Below, piece by piece: positions 11,901 through 25,437 of a stretch of DNA of 64,000 nt; positions within the stretch are counted from its first letter, which is position 1, and the number at the start of each line of letters is the position of its first letter. The notes beneath the pieces were generated by a model. That model had not been told where the DNA came from. It ran no database searches and saw only the letters and a list, made by a program, of their open reading frames with translations. The stretch spans positions 62,001 through 126,000 of the forward strand of contig JAUGWO010000033.1 in assembly GCA_049724395.1 (NCBI GenBank), in the 5' to 3' direction. The translations under genes were made by a program, and so were the position numbers. This DNA comes from Spongospora subterranea f. sp. subterranea. Taxonomy: Eukaryota.

Positions 11901-13730
11901 CTGAGCCCCCTGAACAGGTACCAATGCCAGATGGGTAAACAGACAATGGGGACGCCATACCATAGCCACCCTCATCGTGCCGACAACAAGGTCTACCGTA
12001 TTCAGAATGTGCAGACCCCCGTTGTCAGGAACGATGCCTATGGCCGTCTCGATATGGATCGGTATCCTTTAGGCTGCAATGCCGTCGTCGCCGTCATCTC
12101 CTACACCGGCACGTCATCACCGCATATCTCAACGTTCATTCCCTAATTCCCCATTCAGGATACGATATGGAAGACGCCATGATCATCAACAAGAGTGCTT
12201 ATGAAAGGGGTTTTGGCCATGGGTCGGTTTACACAACGAAACTCGTTGACCTGAATGATATGAAGGTCGATCACCATCATGTTAATTTGGGCGATCTCTG
12301 ATCATGGTTTTGTTGTCTGGTTCAGGCTTCGGGTCAGGCGTCCGTATTCGTGTTCAGCAATATCGATGGCAATACCGGCAAGAAGCACTATTCCAGTCTC
12401 GGGGCCGATGGTCTTCCCGCCGTGGGAACGCTGCTGGAACAGGGCGACGCCATGTACTCGTACATGAACACGGTTACGAAGCAGATCACGGTCGTGAAGC
12501 ACAAATCCTCAGAGATGGCGCGTATCGATCAGGTCGGGGACACATATATTTATTTTTTCCATACTGCCCCGCCTCTAACGCCATCTCAGGTTCGGATTCT
12601 GGGCTCCTCGGCCAGCAAAGGCCCACCGTTTGCTGTCGCCATCACCCTCCGATACAATCGTAACGCGATTCTGGGCGATAAATTCTCATCTCGCCATGGT
12701 CAGAAGGGTGTCCTATCCCAGCTATGGGAGACAAGTCGACATGCCCTTTACCGGTCGGTGATCCTCCTCTGTTGTTATCGCCATGGGCTCGTCCCGTCCC
12801 CTTGACCGCGTTTGATCATCCTATATCAGGAGATGGTCTTACGCCCGACGTCATCATCAACCCTCACGCTTTCCCGTCGCGTATGACGATTGGGATGTTA
12901 ATCGAGTCGATGGCCGGTAATCCCGCGTCCACTCCAATGTTCGTTCACGCTTTCCTCATCAGATTCCGCCTGATCTCAGGTAAAGCGGCCTGCCTTCATG
13001 GGATTTTCGCCAATGGAACACCGTTCCAGTTCTCGGAAGACGATCTCGCCATTGACTATTTCGGTAAACAATTGCGATCCGCCGGGTTCAACTATCTTGG
13101 AAATGAGGAGATGTATTCGGGTGTTTCCGGTCAGTTCACTGCTTTTACCGATCGATCGTTCGTCGTTGACGATTTCCCAAAAATAAAGGTGTCCAGTTCG
13201 AAGCCGATATCTTCATCGGAGTTGTGTATTATCAGCGCCTTCGTCATATGGTTTCCGATAAGTCCCAGGTATTCGCCGACGTCGTTGTGCGCGCGTCGAT
13301 CCTCGATTAATATTCTCGTCGTGTTCAGGTTCGATCAACGGGCCCAACCAATGAGCTGACCCATCAGCCAGTTCACGGCCGTAAAAGGAAAGGTGGTATT
13401 CGGTTCGGTGAGATGGAACGGGATTCGTTGCTCGGACACGGTGCCGCCTTTCTCCTCAACGATCGTCTCCTGAAATGTTCCGACGCCCATTCAGGTATTT
13501 GTGAATTTCTCAATTCGGCTCATCGATTGTTGATCGGTGTTCGATATCCTTCAGTGAACGTTTGCAAGAAATGTGGCAGTATCTTATCGTCATTCAACAA
13601 GGGAGCGGCGATCACCTGCACAGTTTGCCAAACGTCCTCGTGCGCATCTATACCCATCCCATACGTCTTCACATATCTGGTTAACGAACTCGCCGCGATG
13701 AATGTCAAAATACAATTGAACGTTAAATAA
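8993..13730 (+). CDS. RPA2: RNA polymerase I second-largest subunit, about 20 short introns, one apparent +1 frameshift near 12727
   Basis: [110 protein letters not shown] and a C-terminal Cys4 zinc site. The motif variants are those of the Pol I subunit. Confidence 0.95.
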
Positions 13731-13966
13731 ATTCCAAAAAAAGTCAAAATACAATTAAGCTAAATAACTAAACACGAAATAGATTCCATCATAATAACAG
13801 CGTCCTTCCGGGATGATCGAATTCTTCACGAGATGCGATTTCTACATTGCTGATAATTGGGCTAGTAAGGAATGGGACACAGATGAGTTAGGTTTAATGT
13901 ATGACAGCGATGGTATATTAGAACTTGTAATATAGCATGGAATAGAAGTCGAACAGCAGGACTTGA

Positions 13967-14332
13967 TCACCAGTTGTCTCCACCACGGCTTCTGCCGCCA
14001 CCATAGCCACCTCCGTTGCCACCACCATAACCGCCGCCGCCGCCGCCGCCGCCACCGTATCCGCCGTTGTCACGGCTTGATTCACGAGGAGCGCCCTTGA
14101 CGTAGACGCCGTTGGGTCCGGTGACGTTCACAGCCTTGGTACGTCCGTCCTCGCCGGTCTCGACGTCGAACTCGACGGCTTCACCATCGGCCAACGATCG
14201 GTATCCAGAGGCGTAAACGCTGGACTGATGGACGAAAAGGTCATCAGTTCCATCATCGGGTGTGATGAATCCGAATCCCTTGGTGTTGTTGAAGAACTTG
14301 ACGGTTCCGACCAGCTTAGGACACACCGGCAT
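13967..14332 (-). CDS. Cold-shock domain protein with Gly/RGG-rich tail (intronless)
   Basis: [15 protein letters not shown] (RNP1), DLFVHQS (RNP2), [15 protein letters not shown]...KAVNVTGP, followed by GGYGGG repeats. Confidence 0.93.
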   Translation of the reverse strand: MPVCPKLVGTVKFFNNTKGFGFITPDDGTDDLFVHQSSVYASGYRSLADGEAVEFDVETGEDGRTKAVNVTGPNGVYVKGAPRESSRDNGGYGGGGGGGGGYGGGNGGGYGGGRSRGGDNW

Positions 14333-14847
14333 GATTAAACCGACGATGATGATTATGGCGCAAGATCGGTAACAGACCGGAGGAGATGTGGTAATTTAGG
14401 CCGTGACGGCATTGCGCTACGGCCTAACGTCTTTTGTTGCCCTGGCCAGTGGCGCCACGGGTAACGGTACACTGGTGTGACTGTTTCTTGGGTACATTGC
14501 TAGGGTCACTAGGGCATACCCACTAGTAACGATGAGCTGTTGAGTGGGCCAATGTACACTATTGACGCATCATATTAGAGGCAGCCCCCTATAATCGCTG
14601 GCACCATCGGCGATACATATCGATAGGCCTGTAGTACATATTACAGCGAAGAGGGTTCACTGTTCGCTAGGATTATCGCTGTTATTCAGAACCTCAACAT
14701 GACCATTTTGTCGTCGTACTAGGTTGGAAAAACTAGATTCCGAAATAACCCATTGTTCAGAAACCAACTCTCAAGTACGTGTATCTATGAATTAAGGCTT
14801 TTGATTTCTTAGCATGGTCGTGAGTTTGCTCATGTGTGACAGCGTAT

Positions 14848-15301
14848 CCTTCATATTTTGAAGGAAGTAAATATCGCCTTTGGAGATTCTTTTGGAATTT
14901 TGGAGATCACTTCTCGGCCGGTGTGAACGAACGAATTTATCACCTTATCAAAGGAAAAATTACCCTGAGCTCAGAATGCCGATAACACCCGTGGGCAAAA
15001 ACTGCTGCCTAATAGCCCCGCTGAACCGCAAAGTAAACAACCGGTTTCGACATATTGCCACATCTCAACAGTAGTCCACAGGGCGTCATCAAGATCAAGG
15101 TTAATCTGAAAACTGTGAACTCGATTTATGTTGAGAGAGCCATTTCTTTGTGAATCCTGTTAGTGATATTTTCCACTTCCCCTCAAGTCGTAATCATTAT
15201 TTCGTTTAACTGTACGGAGTCCGTACGGCTGGGCCTCGGGTCGCGACCAGAGCTATTCAAATCATTAATGATCACCCGATTAGAAGTGATTTCATGCGAT
15301 G
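14848..15301. repeat. Dispersed ~0.4-kb repeat, copy 1 (copy 2 at 25049-25437, same orientation)
   Basis: Long shared tracts such as CCCTGAGCTCAGAATGCCGATAACACCCGTGGGCAAAAACTGCTGCCTAATAGCCCCGCTGAACCGCAAA, with scattered substitutions and indels. Confidence 0.92.
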
Positions 15302-16341
15302 ATTAGTGCTCAGTGATGATCAAGTTAGTAATCGTATTTGGCTGTGTGTTGTGTTGATACCAGGAGCGCTTCGGATTTGTAATGGTATCTCCATAGGAAT
15401 GCATTAATATCCGTTCGTTGCTTGCGATCAACTTTCATAACTATCATGACGATGTCTGGCATTTCTGAGAGCGCCTCTTATTCCCCATTCCTTTCCTGCA
15501 TTTATATTATCATACAATCAAGCTTACTGGCTTTGTGGTACTTTCAGCAATTTTGTTGTTTTGAAAATGTTTAGCGAGAACGGTGTCCTTGTTTTGTTGT
15601 CTATTTAGAAATTGTGTATCCAGATCCATCTGTAAATTCGTAAATACATAATGATAATCTCCCTTTGAACTTGGTTCCCATTCGGGTGATTGCGAGCAAC
15701 ATCTTATGAACGTTTTATTGATTGATACGGTTGCTGTGAATTATCGTGTACAGCAGGGCACAGCTTCCATTCTGGCGACTTTCCGTTTACATACGTGTTG
15801 TCAGGTCAGCGTTGAACAGAGATGTGATAACGGGGGTGTTCGCCCCTCCATCTGACGATCGTGCCCCCCTCCCTACCTTCCTCGCTGCGTGTGCCTCTCT
15901 ATCTAATGTTGGTAGTGTCCAAGCACACCAGTGATTGGCAAGGGAGGCAGCAGTGGTAGATCATCCTCCACAGAGTGTCGACAGTGATCAAATAACTGAC
16001 TTGGGGAGGTCGCACTCTAACAGTAAAGGGAGGTGGTTCTTCATCGTTAGCAGTGATTAACTGAGTCTTAGGAGTAAGGGAGGTCGTAGATCATCGTCTC
16101 AGGGTATTAATAGGAAGGACCTGTCCATGACACATACATCATCATCATAACCCCTCTGGTCGCCCTCAGATTAGCATCTTCATCGCCAATCATTCTGCAT
16201 TCAAGATCACCATGGGGCGGACCAAACTGTCCAAACAGCGCCGAGATGAAAGACAGACGAGATGGATACTTGTCGCCATTAATGGGGAACAGCCATGTGA
16301 TACATGTCGGTACATTCCTGGTTATAAATTATTGCTGTTTT

Positions 16342-17390
16342 CTATCGCTGAATGGTTACTATGTTAGTAAGCGAATTTTCTAACTTCTGGGCTGGTAATG
16401 CGTCGGCAGCAGCTAAGAAGGTATTTAGGCGTTCAAAGTCGTGCTCTTCTATTACATTGGCACCAAAAGACGATCCGGATGATCTCGTTGTCGTTGATAT
16501 GTGCTCGTTCTCATTTCGAGCAGATTCAAAGCAGCAATCCCGTCGCGCTAGAGGTTTCAAATTACTCACTGCAATTGATGTAGTGGAATATAATGATGAA
16601 TGATTGGACATGTTCTATACTTCTATTCAACATTAATTGATTTTTTTGGGTATCGCTTGTAGGAGTCTTAGTTAGACACCTCTTGAGTAATGGCGGTTTC
16701 CAAAACTTTGGTGCTATCGGAAGGCTGGGGCGAAGATGAAGAAGGGGTTTCATCGCTGCTGCCCAAAACCATATCGAGCGCTAACCTTTCCAATGCATCG
16801 CACGCATCTGTTATGGGGACACGAGCTGTCACCAGCCTCTTTAAGGAGCTGAACACGGTAATAAGGCGCCTAGAGCAATCATCAGATACCAGCGTCTCTG
16901 GGTTGGGCCGGACAGGATCGGGGACGGCACAGATTGTGATGATGGATACGGCCGAGACGGTATCCAGGCAATGTGACAGAGCAGATACCCTGTAATGCAA
17001 ACGGGGCTGGTCAGTGACTTGCCACTGGTGTAAGGTCAACATGCCAGTATGGTTCATGTTTCATGTGTAGGTCATGCCATGCATGTCCCTTCGTTACACT
17101 TACACAGCTCATCCTCACCTGTACTGTATATTATCGATTGCTCTCTTCAGTCGGCTAATCTCGTCATGATCGCTCACACAATTGGCGACGTGTGTTAGCA
17201 AGTCGCCAACAGCATATAAAGCGGATTGGGTCGCCGTCTGGGGACTCTCCTGGAGCAGGTCGCTCTCCAGCGTTTTCAGTTTTTCAAATGTGTCTGGGTG
17301 GTGTCGGTATATGATCATGTCCTGGGCCTCGGTTTCAGCATCCTTCACCTGCTTGGCATTGTAGAACAAGGCTGGGCCAGACCTGGCCAT
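16342..17390 (-). CDS. Possible multi-exon hypothetical protein or decayed gene
   Basis: Three consecutive protein-like minus-strand ORFs (17115-17390, 16668-17057, 16342-16611) with plausible GT donors. No recognisable domain. Confidence 0.3.
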
Positions 17391-19704
17391 TGTCTACCAG
17401 TATATGGCACACCGCTCTGCTTGGGTACTCAACCTGCTAGTGATCCTTATCTAATACTATCTCAACCCATAGTATACTGCCAATTATTCGGTGTAGTAAA
17501 GCTATAGCTGCGTCTTGCTACAAGTGTTACGGTTATTATCCTACAGCCTGTTAACATCCTTTAGCCAATGTCGTTTGAATTTGAACGCCAACTGTTAACG
17601 CTCCTTGCAAGCATCTCCTCTATTGGATCATTTGCAGAGAGGTTCGCCGAATCAGCCATCCTGACGACTTGTATGGGTAAAACGTGAATTTCATGGCGCG
17701 ATAAGATCCATTTCTCATTCCTATAAACGATCTCTGTATTTGAACCAGCGTTTCAGTCGCACAAGCAAAACAGCAAACCCTTTCCCCACGAGGCCACGAA
17801 TTGACTCAATTTGGAACCATTTTGAACCCTGACTGGCACATAGCCATCCTTGAGCACACTTTTGTCGACAAATGCAGCAGGTTAAGTAAACAACCTTAAA
17901 ATCGCTGTTTCGTTCGCTCGGGACTCTGGTGTTCCACAGTGATCAATGATGCAGATTCGCAATCGAAGTGGTTCGGTTGGCCAAAATCCACAGTTTTGAT
18001 GACTGATCAACCTGAAATTTGTCGTCGGTAACGGATTGCAGAATTGGTTTCGTGCGTGTCACGATCACGATTAGCCTAAACCTTGCTATCGACGGCATTC
18101 TCTGAATCAGATCGACAACATTGTGTCAGAGCACCAAGACGCTATCGATAATGTTCAACGCTATGGATCAGATACATCCTGCATTTGGTATAAATGTTCC
18201 GGAGCAAAGACAAACAACGCCAATTGGGATTACATGTTTGTTTTTTGATTATTTCTAGGTTCAAGGGTCTTGGTTCTGATCGGTGAGGTGATTACTCAAC
18301 TTGGTCAGATGATGGTAGGTATCCGGCAGGGGTTGGACGATCTGCCCCGACGTGATCAACGATTTTGGGTCAAAATGGCAGCGAGCAACCATTGTTACTT
18401 CTAGCGAGAGGGCGATATCCTGCGATATTGTGTTTGTGTGCGCCAGGAAAACACCAGATCGGATTTCCCAATTGCGACGTGAAACCTTTGATAACAAGCA
18501 TAGAGGGTTCTGGAAGGATTACGATCAGGGACATGGAGATATCAAGGTCATTTACAGATCTCCTAGCGCCATCGACAGACCTTGCCATGTGCGCTGTGGG
18601 CCAGCTCAGCAAACCGTACTGTCCTCAATACGACAGCGCCATCGATGACAAGATATCGGTCTGGGGCATTGAGGGTGATTCAGCCAATTAGGTCAATATA
18701 TATTTGAAGGAATCGGATAGATGAAGTCCTTTGAGAACAACAAATAAACTTCTGTAGTTTCTTGTCGGGACAATTCACTGGATCAGCGCATATTCGACAA
18801 AGCTTCATTCGTTTATCACGATAATCTGTTGAACAACGGCTGCCCATGACCAATGTTATATTCTCAGACTAATATCAGTGTTAACAATCAAAGGGACCGG
18901 GTTTTATATCCTAAAAATCCTCATTTCTACCAGCCCGACCAACTTCATCGTCTGGTCGATTTCATGACATTATAATTATCTGTTGATGTTAATGACCTCT
19001 GTGAGTCTCTTTCCACATTGCCACATTTCCATCCTAATCTATTAGAACTGTCATCCGATCAGGTCATGATATCAGGTAGATGGTGCTTTTACGGGCACAA
19101 TTTCCTTTAACGTGCGGTCGTGGATTTTTTTTAACTCAATGCGAAATATTCCGGTTCCGGGACCAAAACGATGTTAGACGGCAAGACCCAGCTGGGTCGT
19201 AGGACAACCAGGCCCCGTTCCTCCAAAGCACCTTATCACTTGCATGCAATACAGCTATTTCTTCCAGAACCGGAATATTCCACATCGAATTGAGGCACAG
19301 CACACGATGATGTTGTACCCATAATAGCGCCATCTACGACCTCAAGATGTAATATGAATTAGTTACCCTGAGTGGTTGCAAATAACAAGTGAGTACGTCT
19401 TGAGAATGTCCAAGCAGAGACAGTACATTTTCGAATGGCGATACATTTGGACAAAACTCTCTCAATTTGATCAATCACTGTTTCTTGCAATCATATCGCC
19501 ATCCTGGGCCTCTCCTCCATCTCTGTCTTAGAATTCTTTAACAATCACCGATCCATCAAGACAAGGACCAGATTATTACTCATTGTTTACGGGTATCAAT
19601 TTGGTTTTCAGTGACACACAGACGGTGTCCGTGACGGGGTCCGTGACCTTGGCAGCCGACAAGTGACGGGGCAACGTTCTGGTAGGTAGAATTGGTCGAA
19701 CGAA

Positions 19705-22093
19705 ATGGCTATCGACGACACGATCCAGGTTAATATCTCGACCAGGCCTGGTGGTGCCGATATTCCCGGGTATACTATAAGGGGAGATGATGGTGGCGAT
19801 AAGAGAAGGGATCGGGTTCATAATGGTCATAATCACAGGATTAAGGGACATGATAAAGGCGCGGCTGATAAAGGGCAGAAACGGATAGCGCCCAAAATCA
19901 GACGTAATATAAATATCAGATGCTTTATCGGGTTTCCGAGTTTAACATTGGTGAATTATTTCAGGAGTAATTCCAGATACGACTGGTGATTTAGAGAAAC
20001 GACGGAATATGGGCAATTCTCGAACGATATTCGCTAATGAACAATGCTCATTCGCATCGTTGGGTCTAAGTCAACGGATCACGAAACAGTTAGAGACGAA
20101 GCTGGGGTTTACTCAAGCGACGCTGGTGCAGAGTTTGACCATCCCTGAGATGATATCGGGTCGTGATGTGCTATCCCAATCCCAGACCGGTTCCGGGAAG
20201 ACATTAGGTCGGTTGTGAATGTGCCCTGGCCCACACTCGCTAACCCTCATCGACAGCATTTCTGGCACCGATCGTCGATAGACTCACCGCCCCAGGTCGG
20301 GAGCGGATCACCCGTTCTCAAGGAACGCTCTCGTTGATTATCTGCCCAACCAGAGAGCTCTGTCTCCAAACCCATCAGGTCCTCAGTAAATTAGCTCAGC
20401 CGTTTCCCTTTATTGTCAGCGGAATTGTCATGGGTGGGCAGAAAATCAAATCAGAGAAGGCGTCGTTGAGGAAAGGTCAAAAATTCATTCAATATCGGAT
20501 GTTTTCGAGTGAAACTGATAGGAATTGTTCGACCATCTCAGGGATTACCATATTAATATGTACTCCAGGGCGATTATTAGACCATCTTCGCCATACAACA
20601 TCCTTCATATATTCCAATTGTGAACACTTCATCCTCGATGAAGCCGATCGTCTGCTCGATCTCGGGTTCGAGAACGATCTCAACAGCATCGCGGATGCGC
20701 TCAGGTCGAAGGTCTCCTCATCTCATCGCCTTCAGTGTGCACTCCTTTCGGCGACCCTTGACAAGCGAGTTAAGCGATTGGGCACGATACTGATGAAATC
20801 CCCCACGATCATCGATTGTTCATCAATTCCATCTCCTGGTTCTGTTTCTTCGCAACCCGCTCCGCCCACATCACAATATCAGATTCCTGATGGATTATCC
20901 CAAGGATATGTTGCTGTTCCTGAGCGGCTTCGTCTCGTGTCGCTCGTCGCCTTTCTACGTTTGAAAATCTCCTCCGCTACTCAGGTCAGTGACCTTTTTC
21001 TCTAATTTATATTCATCTGATCTCCTGATTCAGGCGATTTCAAAGCGATCGTGTTCGTCTCGACATGTGATCAGACCGAGTTCTATCACCGCCTATTCTC
21101 CAACATATGTTGGCCACCGGCTCCATCTCGTCAAGTTCTTGACGATGGGGATCGGGAACTCCTCTCCGATGATGTTCAGGACGATACACTCCACGATCCC
21201 ATCATCCCATCGCCCTTATTCAAACTCCATGGGAATATGAGTTCCACCGATAGAACCAAAGGTGCTCTACACAGTCATCATCATCATATCTGCGATCGAT
21301 TTTCTAATCGCGTTCTTTGTCGTTATTTCAGTTTACCAGCAATATTGCTTGGGTCGTACCGGTATTCTATTCTGTACTGATGTTGCTGCTCGTGGTCTTG
21401 ATCTCCCATCTGTTGATTGGATTATTCAGTACAATCCTCCCTCTGATATCACCGATTATGTTCATCGTATTGGTCGAACGGCCCGATTAGGTAAAATCAA
21501 TGCTGAACCCAAGTGAGTTCATTCGGCCGTTGATTGCGTATTCGACAGGTCGGCGAGGTCGAACGCTGTTGATCCTATCGCAATCCGAACGTGGATTTAC
21601 GTCGCTACTGAACGAGCATAACATCCATCCGGACGAAATGGATTGCGATCAGCTTCTGGACAGTGTTCGTCGCGAGATCATCAACGGGGCTCCGGCTCCT
21701 TCGTCGTGTCACTACACGGCAATGAACAAACAGTTCACCTATCCCGTCGACAGCGATACCGATATCAAAGGATTGGCGTCGAGAGCGTTCACCAGTTATA
21801 CCCGATCGTACGCCGCGTATCCAAAACCCATCAGACCGCTTTTGTCGGTCCACAATCTGCATTTGGGGCACGTTGCATGCAGTTTCGGCCTGAAACAGGC
21901 GCCATCATCGATATCAGGGCAACAAAAGATCGGACGGCGACACAGGAAACGGGATGGGAATGATGACGAGGAGGATGATGACGATATCGTACCGGCTGTG
22001 AGAGGATCGTTAGAGAAATATGAACAAGGACAGAAGAGGTCGAATAAGAGATCAAAAGTTCTTTACAATCTCATGTCTGAGTTCACTGCATAA
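19705..22093 (+). CDS. DBP7: DEAD-box RNA helicase of the DBP7/DDX31 family (60S biogenesis), multi-exon
   Basis: [88 protein letters not shown], and C-terminal [12 protein letters not shown]. Confidence 0.92.
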
Positions 22094-24198
22094 ACAATAT
22101 TTATTATGATCGTGAACGTCAAAGCGTCATGAAATCCTCTTTCCTTACGGTATGGATCAGGTGGTGGTTGTAGTTCTGGCGATCACCGACTATAACCTTT
22201 GGATACGTTTGGGCTGTGTATTGCAGATGCTGTGGTGGCTCGAGAGGTCAAATCATCACTGGTCTGAGCATTGGCATCTGCAGAGTCATTCGTGATCGGA
22301 TCACGATGCGGGCGAGAAGGCGAATCATCATTACGACGATCGCTGTTATCACTGAACATGTTTCGGACAGTGATTGAACACAATTGAAATGTGCCGATAC
22401 GCTTCTCGAACGAGGTGATCGGATCACCCCACTGAAACCGATTGACGATCAAGTCACTACGCCATGTCGCCTGATCCTGGTGTTTGATTGGAGCTTGCCA
22501 GGTTGTCTTGAACATCGTTCGCCAGGGTCCAACGTGTTCAATTTGAATGTACAGCTGGTTTGTCGCCACAATCTACTGTACATCACCCAAATAATGTTTT
22601 CAAATCCTAATTCGTTAATACTTCCTCACACTATGAAACTATTGCCTTTTGTTTGCCATCGTGGTGGAGTTCCGGATATAAAATTCTTCGTCGTGAAAAA
22701 TGTTTCCTTGATTCGATCATCGTCTTATCGTCTCAAACAATGAACGGTTTTTTCCCTTTTAGAGTCGATCTTGCCAAGTTTCAGGACATGTTGAAGGTCC
22801 GAAGACCTGTGGAATGTAATGAGCATCGATCGCATCTGCCAAGACATCTCCTTGTCGTCGTTTGGACGATTCCGCTCGTTCAAGGATATTGAGCCCCGAT
22901 CAAACAGCCTCAAATACCTTGCGATAGTATTGCTATTCTGGTCGTCTTCAGCAGGGAATCACGAACGGGTACAAAAGCGTGAAAATGGCGTTAGAATCGA
23001 ACATGTTAAAGTCGGTTTGGTTTCTGATAAACGGCGAAGCGCATTTGCATTCTTGTTGCACCCATCCGTGCTTCCCCTTTGCTGTCTTTCGCATTTTATA
23101 CAGCGAACACTTCCCTGTTCGACCCGCAAGTTTGTGTTTGCACCGGTTCGAGTTGTCCCCTTAAAGACGACGAAATAGGTTTTACATCAGCAATGCTATC
23201 GCTGCAATCTGAGCCTGTTACGGCGCTCAATCTCGTTAATGCCAAGGAAGCGTCGGATCGCATTTCTGATCGGCGACAGCAGCACAAGATCCTGTCGAAA
23301 CGCAGACAGGAGTGACTTTGCTGTGAGCGATCTACGTCCTTGTTTGCAAAAAACATTCAGCGACGACGTCGAAAGTCCCAATACAACTGGTCAGGGAACG
23401 TCGCATATCGTGATCGAGCACATGACTATTTCGATCGCCTTAGGTCCACCTTACAGATGATATTTGACAATTGGAAGAACCGACGCAGATCATCGAGAGG
23501 GATGTGGATTGTCGGTCGAATGATACGCCCCGACTAGTGAATAGACGGTCAGTGGATTGTTCCTGCAGGAATACCAATTTGGTGTCCCGTTCTGCTCCGT
23601 TGCACATCCTAGAGATACACATGAAGTTGCCCATGGAAATCACTCGCCCGAGGGAGAGTGTGTTCCATGGCGTCGTTATCACGCGCTCTCGTCCCTCTAC
23701 TTAGTTGATATTTGTTGAAAAGACGACAAACCTGACATCTATCAGTGGTTAACGCTGGACAGCTATCCCTGTACTAACCCCTTGTGCCCTTCCTCATCCC
23801 CGTCAATAACTTGTTGTTAAAACAATAGATCAACAGTCGAATGGCGTTCGTCCAAGGATGGGACGAAGGAGTCGCCCCTACTCTGAACGGCATCTCGAAT
23901 TTATATACTATGGGCGAAGGCCAAATTGATTATTGAAGTATTCGAAGGCAAAACACTGATCGGTGGATCATCGGATTCGCCACCCAAGTTATAGACTACC
24001 CAGAGACAACTAGACGATCGTATTCATTGCCGCCCTTTGTTTATCCGTCGCCAATGACATTATCAGTTTTCGTTGATGAAACCGCACCGATTCACCAGGG
24101 TTGGTATGGACTCAAAGAGCCGATTGTCTGCTACAGGTCTTCAGGAATGTCATCTCTCGCACTCAAGAACTTGTTCCGATTAGAGGAAGGGTTAGACT

Positions 24199-24897
24199 CA
24201 GTGAAAGAGTATATAGCAATGGTCGAAACCTGGTGTCAATAATGTCAATGGCGGTGCATTAAAACAGGCGACAGTTAGTGATTCTCTCTTGGCAATCATC
24301 ATTCTCATGGGTGAAAATGACAGTTATTCCCATGTTGTTCCATTAACGCCAGCCCTTCAGGATATTTCGGCGGAATCTGTGTCAGCGATTCCAATGCGCA
24401 ATGAGAATCGCCATTCCACCCAACCAATGGAGGATCTGCTGACAGGCAATATGAAGACCATATTCACAGCCCCTAAGAGCCGAACTGAACAATCTCCGCT
24501 CTCGCGATAAAAGCTTCTGTAGATGGTCAAAACAGAAATGTTATTTGTTCCGGCTCTACAACCCTTACCCAGAATTACGTCCCAAGGTGAGATCATCCGA
24601 ATCTAAATCAGTCAAATTCAATGTTTACTCTGATTCGTCTGGCATTGGAACCTGTAGCAAGTGCTGGTTGACCGACTGTTGATGTAGTAAACCACATCAC
24701 AAATATCGTATACCGATTGCCCCGAAATATCCTGAAGACTGGCCGTCTATGGAATGAACAACATGGGAATAACTGTCATTTACACCCATGAGAATGATGA
24801 TTGCCAAGAGAGAATCACTAACTGTCGCCTGTTTTAATGCACCGCCATTGACATTATTCACACCAGGTTTCGACTATTGCTATATACTCTTTCACTG
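24199..24897. repeat. Long inverted repeat: ~175-bp arms (24199-24370 and 24722-24897) around a ~350-bp spacer
   Basis: CAGTGAAAGAGTATATAGCAATGGTCGAAACCTGGTGT...CTTCAGGATATTTCGG is reverse-complemented at 24722-24897 with few differences. Confidence 0.93.
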
Positions 24898-25048
24898 CCG
24901 TATGCCCTTGATGACGACGAAAAAGACAATTCTTCGTTGGGAGTGAGATTGGGTGATAATAGTATCGTTCAAACAGGTGCTGGTTTCTTTCAAGGTCTAA
25001 TGACATCGCTCGACCGATGGAGATGAGGTTTGTGGGAACGAGCACGTA

Positions 25049-25437
25049 CCTTTCATATCTTGAAGGAAGTGAATATCGTCTCTGGAGATTCTTATGAAAA
25101 TTTGGTGATCAAACTTCTCGACCGGTGTGAACGAATTTATCGCCTAATCAAAGGAAGAATTGCCCTGAGCTCAGAATGCCGATAACACCCGTGGGCAAAA
25201 ACTGCTGCCTAATAGCCCCGCTGAACCGCAAAATATACAACCGGTTTCGACATATTGCCACATCTCAACAGTAGTCCACAGGGCGTCATCAAGATCAAGG
25301 TTAATCTGAATATTGTGAACTCGATTCATGTTGAGAGAGCCATTGCTTTGTGAATCCTGTTAGTGATATCGTTTAACTGTGTTCGGATGGGCCTCGCGTC
25401 GCGACCAGAGCTATATCAGAAGTGATTCGTTGCGATG
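25049..25437. repeat. Dispersed ~0.4-kb repeat, copy 2
   Basis: Direct copy of 14848-15301 with deletions toward its right end. Confidence 0.92.

Noticed and set aside
17400..19600. Short ORFs in the intergenic zone
   Set aside because: Fragmentary and stop-riddled, with no recognisable motif. Possibly decayed coding DNA, but I cannot support a call.
22183..23704. Overlapping ORFs on both strands downstream of DBP7
   Set aside because: I could not splice them into a coherent protein and found no domain signature.
14848..25437. LTR pair of one 10-kb retrotransposon
   Set aside because: No TG...CA ends, PBS/PPT or gag-pol between the copies, and the interval holds an intact intron-containing DBP7 gene.
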